DNA of 64,000 nt, taken from Gammaproteobacteria bacterium (GTDB lineage Bacteria; Pseudomonadota; Gammaproteobacteria; Burkholderiales; Burkholderiaceae_C). The translations under genes were made by a program, and so were the position numbers. The notes beneath the pieces are model-generated. The model was not told where the DNA came from. It saw nothing but the letters and a program-made list of their open reading frames with translations, and made no database searches. Positions 48,855 through 57,994 of the stretch are shown in pieces (positions within the stretch are counted from its first letter, which is position 1; the number at the start of each line of letters is the position of its first letter). The DNA lies in contig JAHIYE010000013.1 of the NCBI GenBank assembly GCA_018815325.1, positions 139,704 through 203,703 of the forward strand, written 5' to 3'.

Positions 48855-49538
48855 ATGAAACTGCTAGTGGTTGAAGATGAAACCAAGACAGCGGACTACC
48901 TGCGTCAGGGGCTGATGGAGGCGGGTTTCGTCATCGATCTCGCCCGCTCCGGACTGGATGGGCACCACCTCGCCATGAGCGAGACCTATGACCTGATCAT
49001 CCTGGACGTGATGCTGCCCGACGTGGACGGCTGGCGCATCCTGCAGTCCTTGCGCGAATCACACAAACAGGTTCCGGTGCTGTTCCTGACAGCACGCGAC
49101 ACGGTCGCGGATCGGGTCAAAGGCCTGGAGCTCGGTGCCGATGACTATCTGGTCAAGCCGTTTGCCTTCACCGAGCTGCTGGCGCGTGTCCGCACCCTGC
49201 TGCGTCGCGGACAGACGCCGGCCAACCTGGAGCTGATACAGGCCGCAGACCTGGTGGTTGACCTGCCGCGTCGGCGCGCCACCCGATCGGGCCAGCGGCT
49301 CAACCTTACCAACAAGGAGTTCGCACTGCTCGAACTGCTGCTTCGTCGCAAGGGAGAGGTACTGCCCCGCTCCCTGATCGCTTCCCAGATATGGGACATG
49401 AACTTCGACAGCGACACCAACGTCATCGATGTCGCCATCCGCCGCCTGCGCGCCAAGATTGACGACAACTTCGAGCCCAAACTGATCCACACTGTGCGCG
49501 GGATGGGCTATATGCTGGATGTTCCGGACACGGCCTGA
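48855..49538 (+). CDS. copR: Copper-responsive response regulator
   Basis: 227 aa OmpR-family protein with MKLLVVEDE and a winged-helix TVRGMGYML. Confidence 0.9.
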   Translation: MKLLVVEDETKTADYLRQGLMEAGFVIDLARSGLDGHHLAMSETYDLIILDVMLPDVDGWRILQSLRESHKQVPVLFLTARDTVADRVKGLELGADDYLVKPFAFTELLARVRTLLRRGQTPANLELIQAADLVVDLPRRRATRSGQRLNLTNKEFALLELLLRRKGEVLPRSLIASQIWDMNFDSDTNVIDVAIRRLRAKIDDNFEPKLIHTVRGMGYMLDVPDTA

Positions 49539-49539
49539 C

Positions 49540-50955
49540 ATGCACGCACATTCTCCCGCTTCACTTGCCTGGCGTGTCACGGCCTTTGTCGGCATTGCCA
49601 CGACCCTGGTATTTTTCACCTTCGGCATGGTCGTGGTGCGCTCGCTGGATCATCACTTTGCGAATCAGGATGCCGGCGAGCTTGCCGTTGTAGCCGAATC
49701 CGTGCAACGGGTTCTGCGTGCCCGCACGCCTGTGAGCCACGATGCCGAGTTGCTGGCTCATGACCTGTCAGGCGCCGTTGCCGGCCACCATGGTGTCTAT
49801 TTTTACGTGGCAGATGCCAGCGGCAAACAGATCTACTCCAACGCGGGACCTGATCTTGGCAGCGTGGTCGACACCTTGGCGCCAACGCCCCAGATCAACA
49901 CGCAAACCCTCAGGATCGTGCGCTTCGACAGAACGTCTTACCGGGTTGCCAGTCAACGCATCGCGGGCAATGCAACTGCCAGCCAGACCCCCTACACGGT
50001 AGTGGTTGCCAGCAACATGGACTCGCACCTGCGCTACATCGAGAGTTTCCAGAAGACCCTCTGGCTCACCACGGTGGTGGTCTGTGCCATTGCCTTGCTG
50101 GCCGCCTGGCTGGCCGTCAAGCAGGGCCATGCTCCCATACGCAGGATCAGCGCACGTATTCGCAGCATCACCTCGTCCCAGTTGCACGTGCGTCTGCGTC
50201 CGGAAGACGTGCCGATAGAGCTCGTCGATCTGGTGGGCTCGTTCAATGACATGCTGGGACAACTCGAGGACGGTTTTCACCAGCTGTCGAATTTCTCTGC
50301 CGATATCGCACATGAGCTCCGCACGCCGGTCACCAACCTGTCAACCGAGACACAGGTCGCGCTCAGCAAGGTGCGCAGCATTGATGAATACCGGGAGATT
50401 CTTTACTCCAACCTCGAAGAGTTCGAGCGGATGTCCAAAATGATCGGCGACATGCTGTTCCTGGCCCAAACCGAGAACGATCCCAGCAACCTCGACATGC
50501 ACGACGTGGATCTGGCGCAGGAAGTCAGGGGGCTGTTTGATTATTTTGAAGCCTGGGCGGAAGAGCGCGGCGTCGTGCTGCGGCTGGAAGGAGATACCAG
50601 CCCCGTCAAGGGAGATCCGCTGATGCTCCGGCGTGCCATGGGCAATCTGTTGTCCAATGCCATCCGCTACACCGCCTCCGGCAGTGCCGTGACCGTCAGG
50701 CTCTCGCTTGATGCGCACATGGCCCTGGTCGAAGTTGGCAATCCCGGCAACAACATCCCCCCCGAGCACCTGCCCCATTTGTTCGACCGCTTCTACCGCG
50801 TGGATCCCTCCCGCCAGCACAAGGGCGAGGGATCGGGGCTGGGTCTGTCAATCGTCAAGACCATCATTGAGGTCCATCACGGCAACGTCAGCGTCATGTC
50901 CGAGAATGCCTTCACCCGCTTTCAGATCAGGCTACCGGTCTCCGAAATCGTCTGA
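49540..50955 (+). CDS. copS: Copper sensor histidine kinase
   Basis: H-box FSADIAHELRTPV, N/G boxes and two TM helices. The start is set at MHAHSPAS, just after the copR stop. Confidence 0.9.
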   Translation: MHAHSPASLAWRVTAFVGIATTLVFFTFGMVVVRSLDHHFANQDAGELAVVAESVQRVLRARTPVSHDAELLAHDLSGAVAGHHGVYFYVADASGKQIYSNAGPDLGSVVDTLAPTPQINTQTLRIVRFDRTSYRVASQRIAGNATASQTPYTVVVASNMDSHLRYIESFQKTLWLTTVVVCAIALLAAWLAVKQGHAPIRRISARIRSITSSQLHVRLRPEDVPIELVDLVGSFNDMLGQLEDGFHQLSNFSADIAHELRTPVTNLSTETQVALSKVRSIDEYREILYSNLEEFERMSKMIGDMLFLAQTENDPSNLDMHDVDLAQEVRGLFDYFEAWAEERGVVLRLEGDTSPVKGDPLMLRRAMGNLLSNAIRYTASGSAVTVRLSLDAHMALVEVGNPGNNIPPEHLPHLFDRFYRVDPSRQHKGEGSGLGLSIVKTIIEVHHGNVSVMSENAFTRFQIRLPVSEIV

Positions 50956-51728
50956 GCACCTTGAACGTCCGCGGGTTGGCGGCTGGCCGCAAGCGCCTTC
51001 TCGCACACCATGTAGTAGTGACGGTACAGCAACGCGCCAAATGGGTACATGGCCTGCCGCTGTGCCCGCGGCATGCGAGATCGGGCCAGATGGAGGTAGA
51101 GGAACTGGACCGGATAGACCAGCAGCGCCAGCGGCAGCATCAACCAGTCCTTGGGTTTCATGGACACATATCGCACCTCGCGAACCTTGAAACCAGCATC
51201 CTCCAGAATGCGCATCAGGTTATGGATTGGAATCATCTTCCAGGTGGACTGGCCCTGCGTCACAAGCAGTGGATACGGCCTGACCTTGCCCAGCCAGAAA
51301 TAGGCGAGGCGGTCGCGAATCGACACCACGTTGTCATTCGTCACGATGAGACTACCCTCATCACGCAGATGCTCACGGCAAGTCTCAAAAAACTGCCGCG
51401 TGTTGTCAAACTCCATGACACCACTGACCGAAAAAACAAAATCAAACTGCTGATCCGGGAAGACCTTGAATGGCTGGCTGGCATCGGCCACGAAAAATTC
51501 CTCGTTTGAAAGCGTCTGCGGCTTTGTAAGGTCACTCCCGCGCACCACGGCACCAGGAAAGAACTGCCGCAATGAGGTCATTAATTCGCCATCACCACAC
51601 GGGATGTCGAGCATGGCGGCACTTGCTGCATCAGTCCGTTTGCTGAGCAGATGTTCGATGATGGCCCGGTGCACACCGATGCAGGTGCGTCCTTTGGGGA
51701 GTTTCTCGAGTCGTGGGTCCTGGGTCAT
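50922..51728 (-). CDS. Class I SAM-dependent methyltransferase
   Basis: LDIPCGDGELM (motif I). The start is trimmed to MTQDPRL. It overlaps copS convergently at the 3' end. Confidence 0.7.
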   Translation of the reverse strand: MTQDPRLEKLPKGRTCIGVHRAIIEHLLSKRTDAASAAMLDIPCGDGELMTSLRQFFPGAVVRGSDLTKPQTLSNEEFFVADASQPFKVFPDQQFDFVFSVSGVMEFDNTRQFFETCREHLRDEGSLIVTNDNVVSIRDRLAYFWLGKVRPYPLLVTQGQSTWKMIPIHNLMRILEDAGFKVREVRYVSMKPKDWLMLPLALLVYPVQFLYLHLARSRMPRAQRQAMYPFGALLYRHYYMVCEKALAASRQPADVQGAQTISETGSLI

Positions 51729-52145
51729 GAATGGTGGGCCTGGCGCAAGCTGGCCTGATGCAGTTGAACGAAATTTCAACCGCCCATTCTTGGAAACATC
51801 TCCTGACTTTCCCGTGACCTCCAGATTACATTTTTGTCATCTCGTTAGCTCTGATTTCACCTCTATTTTGCAGGGCTAACAGCCTATCATCGCGCTCATT
51901 TTCACTTGAAAATAGACTTCGCGGTGAACTGAATTTGAAGGCATGCCTGCATCAGTGTGGGCGCCTCTCCACGACGCAATCGCGTTTTACTTGTTCAGAA
52001 ATGGGGTCGCCTCATCGGTGAAGGTCTGACCATGCTGGCAGCGAAAATCGCCCAGAAGTGGTTGGCGGCAACTGCTGATACCGGTTGAGGTCAACGCCTA
52101 GGGATCATGTCCAAAACTCGGTTTGAGAAGCAGACATAAGCGAAT

Positions 52146-53546
52146 ATGTCCCACCGGATGAAACGTCAGCATCGATTACGCCTCTCGAAGGCTGCGACAG
52201 ATGCCATGGTGCCCTCGCTGGCCAGCGTGGCCGCTTTCGAGCAGCGCATCGTCGATATGTTTCGCCACGAGTGGCAGCTTGCCAATCTGGCTGGCAAGGC
52301 TGAAGTACACCAGGTGGCACGTCCCCTGAGGTCCATCGCCATCGTCGACCTGGTGCCTGAAGACCAGTACCTTTACCCCGAGTTCCTGCTGTTCCAGCGC
52401 TTGTTCGAACGGCACGGCTTGCGCGCGGTCATCGCCGATCCGGCTACGTTCGAATGGCGCGACGGCGTGCTGTGGCACGGCGATCTGGCCATCGATCTGG
52501 TCTACAACCGCTTGACCGACTTCTACCTGGAGCAGCCCAGCTGCACCGCGCTGCGTGAAGCGTACGTGCAGCAAGCCGTGGTACTGACACCGCACCCGCA
52601 GGCCCATGCCCTGTACGCCGACAAGCGGCACCTCGCGCTGTTCAGCGATGCCGCGCGGCTGCAGGCCTTGGATGTACCGCAGGACACGCAGGACATCCTG
52701 CTGGCGCATGTCCCACGCACCGAGGTGGTCGATGCCGCCGATGCGCAGCGTTTGTGGGACGCGCGCCGCAGCCTGTTCTTCAAGCCCGTGGCGGGTTTCG
52801 GCAGCCGCGCGGCTTATCGGGGCGACAAGCTGACGAAACGGGTTTGGCAGGACATCCTTGCCGGTGACTACGTTGCCCAGGCCTTCGTTGCCCCGGGGGA
52901 GCGGGTCATCGACGGCGCGGACGTGACGGCGGCAGACATCGCGACCGAGGCCGCCCCAGCGACCGCGGCCACCAAGGCCATGAAGTACGACCTTCGCGCT
53001 TACACCTACGAGTGCGCGGTGCAGTGGGTTGCCGCCCGCCTGTATCAGGGGCAGACCACCAACTTTCGCACGCCCGGCGGTGGCTTTGCGCCGGTGTACA
53101 GCTCTGCCGAGGCGTCGGGCGCAAGCGCGCAGGCCTGCGCGAGCGGCGGCGGCACCGACGGCGCCACTCCACACGCCTCTTATGTCTTCCTGCTCGAAGA
53201 AGGCAGCGGGGTCCACCCGGTCCCCCACGCCTTATACGTTGCGCTGGCGCGCGGTGAGGCAACGCTTGAGGCCATGGCCGGACAGACCTTGCGCCTGGCC
53301 GACTGGTTTGTTCGCTTGAAGTGCGGTGCGCCGGACGTTGTCGTCAACGAGACCTACAGCCTGGTGTGCTTCGACGCCGAAGGGCGTGTCGATCCGGCGC
53401 ACGCACCCAGCGCAGCGCAGCCACCTTCGGCTGCTCCGGAGAACACCGCGTGGCCAACCACTGCGGAACGCGACCGAATGCAGGAACTTCTGTTTGGCAA
53501 ATCCCAATCACCCGATGCGTCATGTGCGGTATTTGCGGTGAACTGA
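52146..53546 (+). CDS. ATP-grasp-like ligase (uncertain) with a C-terminal extension
   Basis: 466 aa with strong GC3 bias in this frame. Blocks such as LFFKPVAGFGSRAAYRG, YVAQAFV and KYDLRAYTY...TTNFRTPGGGFAPVY resemble ATP-grasp peptide ligases. No GNAT domain is seen. Confidence 0.45.
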   Translation: MSHRMKRQHRLRLSKAATDAMVPSLASVAAFEQRIVDMFRHEWQLANLAGKAEVHQVARPLRSIAIVDLVPEDQYLYPEFLLFQRLFERHGLRAVIADPATFEWRDGVLWHGDLAIDLVYNRLTDFYLEQPSCTALREAYVQQAVVLTPHPQAHALYADKRHLALFSDAARLQALDVPQDTQDILLAHVPRTEVVDAADAQRLWDARRSLFFKPVAGFGSRAAYRGDKLTKRVWQDILAGDYVAQAFVAPGERVIDGADVTAADIATEAAPATAATKAMKYDLRAYTYECAVQWVAARLYQGQTTNFRTPGGGFAPVYSSAEASGASAQACASGGGTDGATPHASYVFLLEEGSGVHPVPHALYVALARGEATLEAMAGQTLRLADWFVRLKCGAPDVVVNETYSLVCFDAEGRVDPAHAPSAAQPPSAAPENTAWPTTAERDRMQELLFGKSQSPDASCAVFAVN

Positions 53547-55369
53547 GATTCGACGGCGCGCCGCCCGACATGCGGGCGATCGAACGCATGTCCAAACAAC
53601 TCGCCCGCCGCGGGCCGGACCACGACGGCATTTTCTCCGACGGGCCGCTGGCCTTCGGTCACCGGCGACTGGCGATCATCGACTTGTCACCCAGTGCCGA
53701 CCAGCCGATGGTGGATACGGCGTTGCAACTCGCCCTGGTGTTCAACGGCACGATCTATAACTACCGGGAACTGCGCGCCGAACTGCTCGCGATGGGCTAT
53801 ACCTTCTTCTCCGAAGGCGATAGCGAAGTCATCCTCAAAGCCTATCACGCCTGGGGCGAGCCGTGCGTGCAGCGCTTCTCTGGCATGTTCGCCTTTGCCA
53901 TCTGGGACATGCGGGCTGGTCACGGGGGCAGCCTGTTCCTGGCGCGCGATCGTTTCGGTATCAAGCCGCTCTACTTGGCGCAGGACGGTCAGCGGCTGCG
54001 CTTCGCGTCGAGCCTGCCGGCGCTGCTGTCGGGTGGTGGTGTGGACACGCAACTGGATCCGGTGGCCTTGCACCACCACTTCACGCTGCATACCGTGGTG
54101 CCAGCACCGCGCACGGTGCTGCGCGGCGTGCGCAAGCTGCCGCCAGCAACCACAATGACGGTGCGCGTTGACGGGTCGATCACGCAGAGTGTGTACTGGA
54201 CTCTCGACGCCACGCGGCCGGCACAGCCCCTGACAGAGGCCGAGTGGCTAGACGCGACCCGTAAGGTGCTGGTGCGCGCGCTCGAGCGCCACCGCCTCGC
54301 CGCAGACGTGCCGGTGGGTGTGCTGCTGTCTGGCGGTCTGGATTCGAGCCTGCTGGTCGGGTTGCTCGCTGATCACGTTGACGACCTGCTGACGTTCTCG
54401 ATCGGCTTCGAAGGCATCCCCGGCGTCAGCGTGGGCGCCGAGAAGGCCGACGAGTTTGAGTTCTCGGATCTGATCGCGGAGCAGTTCAAGACCCGTCACC
54501 AAAAACACCTGATCCCGAACAGCGAGGTGCTGAGACGCTTGCCCGAAGCAGTGGCGGCCATGACCGAGCCGATGATGAGCCACGACGTGATCGCGTTCTA
54601 CCTGCTCAGCGAGCGGGTGTCAAAGGAGGTGAAGGTCGTGCTGGCGGGGCAAGGCGCCGACGAGGTGTTTGGCGGCTACTTCTGGTACCCATTGATGGAC
54701 GCCGAAACCGGAACGGCGGTCGAGCGCTTCAGTCGGCACTATTTCGACCGCGATCATGCCGAGTACCTGGACATGATCGCGCCTGCGTGGCAGGTGCCGA
54801 CGATTGCACCGGACGCAAGCGACGTGACCACCGAGTTGGTTGCGCGCGAACTGTCCAAGCCGCAGGCCGATACCTTCCTCGACGAAGTCTGGCGCTTCGA
54901 CGCCACCACCTTGATCGTCGACGATCCCGTCAAGCGTGTGGACAACATGCCGATGGCCTGGGGTCTGGAGGTGCGCGTGCCCTTCCTCGACCATGAGCTG
55001 GTTGAACTCGCAGCCAGGATGCCACCGGAACTCAAGCTCAAGCAAGGCGGCAAGTACCCGCTCAAGGCCATCTCGCGGGGCGTGATCCCGGACGCGGTGA
55101 TTGACCGGCCGAAGGGCTACTTCCCAGTGCCCGCCCTCAAGCACGTTCGCGGCCCGTTCCTGGAACTGATGCGAGGCATTCTGCTGTCGGACGCCTGCGT
55201 CAGACGCGGCCTCTACCAGCGTGCCTACGTCGACAAGCTGTTGGCTGACCCGCAGGCCCACTTCACACGCATCCAGGGCAGTAAGCTGTGGCACCTGGCG
55301 CTGCTGGAATGGTGGCTGCAAGTGCATGTGGACGGTGTGGGCGACACAGTCCGCCTGAGCCCGTCGTAG
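53522..55369 (+). CDS. Glutamine-hydrolysing asparagine synthase family amidotransferase (AsnO-like)
   Basis: It starts MCGICGELRFDG (N-terminal nucleophile Cys2), with GHRRLAIIDLS and the SGGLDSS PP-loop. It closely resembles N-acetylglutaminylglutamine amidotransferases. It overlaps the upstream gene by 25 nt. Confidence 0.8.
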   Translation: MCGICGELRFDGAPPDMRAIERMSKQLARRGPDHDGIFSDGPLAFGHRRLAIIDLSPSADQPMVDTALQLALVFNGTIYNYRELRAELLAMGYTFFSEGDSEVILKAYHAWGEPCVQRFSGMFAFAIWDMRAGHGGSLFLARDRFGIKPLYLAQDGQRLRFASSLPALLSGGGVDTQLDPVALHHHFTLHTVVPAPRTVLRGVRKLPPATTMTVRVDGSITQSVYWTLDATRPAQPLTEAEWLDATRKVLVRALERHRLAADVPVGVLLSGGLDSSLLVGLLADHVDDLLTFSIGFEGIPGVSVGAEKADEFEFSDLIAEQFKTRHQKHLIPNSEVLRRLPEAVAAMTEPMMSHDVIAFYLLSERVSKEVKVVLAGQGADEVFGGYFWYPLMDAETGTAVERFSRHYFDRDHAEYLDMIAPAWQVPTIAPDASDVTTELVARELSKPQADTFLDEVWRFDATTLIVDDPVKRVDNMPMAWGLEVRVPFLDHELVELAARMPPELKLKQGGKYPLKAISRGVIPDAVIDRPKGYFPVPALKHVRGPFLELMRGILLSDACVRRGLYQRAYVDKLLADPQAHFTRIQGSKLWHLALLEWWLQVHVDGVGDTVRLSPS

Positions 55370-55375
55370 GTGCTT

Positions 55376-55603
55376 TTAGGCACCTACACGGCTGCACGTC
55401 ACGGCGACTTTTCGCTCGGCGTCGCGACCGATAGCGCACCGACTCGCGTTCTCATCAGCCGCTGGCAGGCTTGCAGCCAGACGCCCACCTCGTCGGCGGG
55501 CTCGCCTTGGCTCAGGAGAATGAAATTGACACCAGTGCGATCCCGGCTGAATTGCCTTCTCGTTCACATAAACCACCTCCAGTTTCATTTTCCACCTTAA
55601 CAA
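55376..55603 (-). pseudogene. Small ORF with a probable frameshift
   Basis: It starts MKLEVVYVNEKAIQPG. After about 55550 a different frame (DRTGVNFILLSQGEPADEVGVWLQACQRLM...) shows the GC3 bias expected of coding sequence. Confidence 0.25.
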
Positions 55604-55738
55604 GGTGTCTATGAAACCGGCAGCAGCCCACCTCTGTCAAGATTCAATCGGCGCCAACAGGTCAGATCAGGAATAGCAGGAAACAGGCGGAAACTTGAGA
55701 TAGTGTGAAGAACACACGCTCAATCTCTTAACGAATGC

Positions 55739-57940
55739 CTAATCGTTTTGAGAAACCAATGAATCCTGAAGCACGATCCGCATCCCTGAATTAATGTCAT
55801 CGAGTGTCATAACCAGAGGTTCCTGACTTAACTGCTTGCTGATGGCGCGGTTCAGTGCGTATTGCAGCACCCCCTCGATGTTGGCAATCGTCTGGCCTTC
55901 CAGCATGTTTGCCACTTCCCATGCGTCCAGACTGGCTTCCAGCATCACACCCTTGCCATTAAGCCAAGCCGAGACATGCCGTGGAATCTGCTCGACCGGG
56001 GGAGGCATGAACTCCACCTTCTCGGTAAAGCGGCCAGCACGCAGCAGCGCGGGGTCGATCTGGTCAGGGTTGTTGGTCGCGGCGATGAACACCACATCCT
56101 TGACCTTTTCATCCGTACCGTCCATAAGCACCAGCATGCGATTGGTCAGATCCGGGGTTTGGATGTACTGGCGGTTGCGCAGCACATCATCAGCCTCGTC
56201 AATGAAGATGATCGTGGGCCGGATGTCCTTGGCTTCGGCGTAGAGCTTTGTGATTTTCTCGCGGTCAGCGATCAGGTCGGGCCCGGCCACCGAGAGAAAG
56301 GCCCATCCGACTTCTTTGGCAAGAGCGCGCGCCGCAGCGGTTTTGCCCGTACCAGAAGGGCCGTGGAAGAGCACACCGGAAGGCAGGGTGCCACCCAGCG
56401 ACTCGATGCGCTGTACGTCTTTTAGGCGGCTTGACACCATGGTCAGGGCTTCCCGGGTAGCGTTATCCAGCACCAACTCGCTGATGCTCTTGGTGTCCTG
56501 GGGAATGCGCCCGTTTCGGCCTTGGACTTCGCGCAAGGCTCCCATCAACTCCTTGTGACCGATGTCGGTCAGGTTGTTGTCCTTGGCGTAGCGCGGCAGC
56601 GCCTTGACCACAGCCAGCAGGCGGCTCACGCTAAAGCCATTCCAGCGCTTGGCCACGGCAATCATGGCTCCGTGGTCCACGTTCAGGTGCTGTGCATGCT
56701 TGGCAACGCCTTTTTCAATGATGCCGATACGGGCTTCCTCGTCGGGCGGCGTGATTTCGATCTTGTAGTCAAAGCGGCCTTCACGGATAGCGGCAGTGTC
56801 GAGGTTGGCCAAGTAGTTGGTCGCGCCGATCAGTACCACGCGGTGATTGCGCAGGTTGACGATTTCCGTGAGGATGGTGTTGACGATCTGGAAGCTTTCC
56901 TCGTTGGAGACATTGGAATCGCGGGAACGGATAAAGCTGTCGATTTCGTCAACAAATAGCACGCAGGGTGCATTCCGCTTGGCGTAGGCAAAGCAGTTGA
57001 CAATGACACGTGGCCTTTCCCCGACCCACTTGGACGATACATCGCCGTAGGTGAGTGCGATAAACGGCACCATGAGTTCACCGGCCAGGGCCTCACCGAA
57101 TACGGTCTTGCCGTTACCGGGTTCGCCGTGCAGGAGAATACCGTTGGCAGGAGGCTCCGAGGCATCCTGTGCGCTGCGCTTGGCCACGATCAGCTGGGCA
57201 GGCTCTAGCAGCTTGTCCTTGATGGCCTGCATGCCGTAGATGTTGCTGAAGTCGATCTTGGGCTGCACGGCTTGTACCGGGGTGGCGTACTCTTCGGGCT
57301 TGTCTTCCGGGATGGCCGCTTGCCGCGGTTGCATATGGCGATGGTAGGCGGCTACACGCAGTCGATACGCGTGCATGGTTTCATCATCCGATGGCACTTT
57401 CATGAAAAATTTGGGCGGAAACTTTCCCCAAAACATGGAGAGCGCTCCAAGGGCGAACATCCCCACGCCATACCAGAGGTGATCAAGGTGCGTCACGCTC
57501 CCATGGGACTTCATGAAGGAGGCCAGCATTAACAGGCCGCCGAATAACAATGCAGGAAGACCGAGGCCGAAGTACATATCCATACTGAATACCAAGCGCA
57601 AAGTTCCGTTGCTTACAAGCGGATATTCTTTGTCGGCTCGCGGAATGAAGGTCAGCAGCTCTAGCCAATAGAAGATCAACGTGGCCACAAAAAAAACCAG
57701 GAAGATGCCAACAAAGAAGTTGCGTGATTTTGGTATCCCGTCTTGGATGAAATCAAATGGGATGTTGGCAATGACAATCCAATAGATCGATGCAAGATAA
57801 CCTAGCATGCACCCGCCTACTCCAAGAGTTAGGAGTATTTTTTCTTTCAAGAAATGAATGGCACGGCTGATCCAACCCGGCTTATTCGACCAGGATGACA
57901 TAAAGATTTCCTCAGGCATATTGGCCAAAGTCTTAGACAT
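55739..57940 (-). CDS. Membrane-anchored tandem AAA+ ATPase (two classic-clade AAA modules)
   Basis: 733 aa with about 4 N-terminal TM helices. D1 has GEPGNGKT, LFVDEID, GATN and REGRFD. D2 has GPSGTGKT, IFIDEAD, AATN and RAGRFT. No protease domain is present. Confidence 0.85.
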   Translation of the reverse strand: MSKTLANMPEEIFMSSWSNKPGWISRAIHFLKEKILLTLGVGGCMLGYLASIYWIVIANIPFDFIQDGIPKSRNFFVGIFLVFFVATLIFYWLELLTFIPRADKEYPLVSNGTLRLVFSMDMYFGLGLPALLFGGLLMLASFMKSHGSVTHLDHLWYGVGMFALGALSMFWGKFPPKFFMKVPSDDETMHAYRLRVAAYHRHMQPRQAAIPEDKPEEYATPVQAVQPKIDFSNIYGMQAIKDKLLEPAQLIVAKRSAQDASEPPANGILLHGEPGNGKTVFGEALAGELMVPFIALTYGDVSSKWVGERPRVIVNCFAYAKRNAPCVLFVDEIDSFIRSRDSNVSNEESFQIVNTILTEIVNLRNHRVVLIGATNYLANLDTAAIREGRFDYKIEITPPDEEARIGIIEKGVAKHAQHLNVDHGAMIAVAKRWNGFSVSRLLAVVKALPRYAKDNNLTDIGHKELMGALREVQGRNGRIPQDTKSISELVLDNATREALTMVSSRLKDVQRIESLGGTLPSGVLFHGPSGTGKTAAARALAKEVGWAFLSVAGPDLIADREKITKLYAEAKDIRPTIIFIDEADDVLRNRQYIQTPDLTNRMLVLMDGTDEKVKDVVFIAATNNPDQIDPALLRAGRFTEKVEFMPPPVEQIPRHVSAWLNGKGVMLEASLDAWEVANMLEGQTIANIEGVLQYALNRAISKQLSQEPLVMTLDDINSGMRIVLQDSLVSQND

Positions 57941-57994
57941 AACAGTTGCGTTTTTGTTTGAGATAGAACCAAACTACACCAGATTTCATGTCAG

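Noticed and set aside
52176-55327. Long minus-strand ORFs (350 aa, 235 aa and others) opposite the ATP-grasp-like and AsnO-like genes
   Set aside because: Third-position GC bias and recognisable motifs (MCGICG, SGGLDSS) support the plus-strand frames. The antisense ORFs are low-complexity Arg/Gly/Ala.
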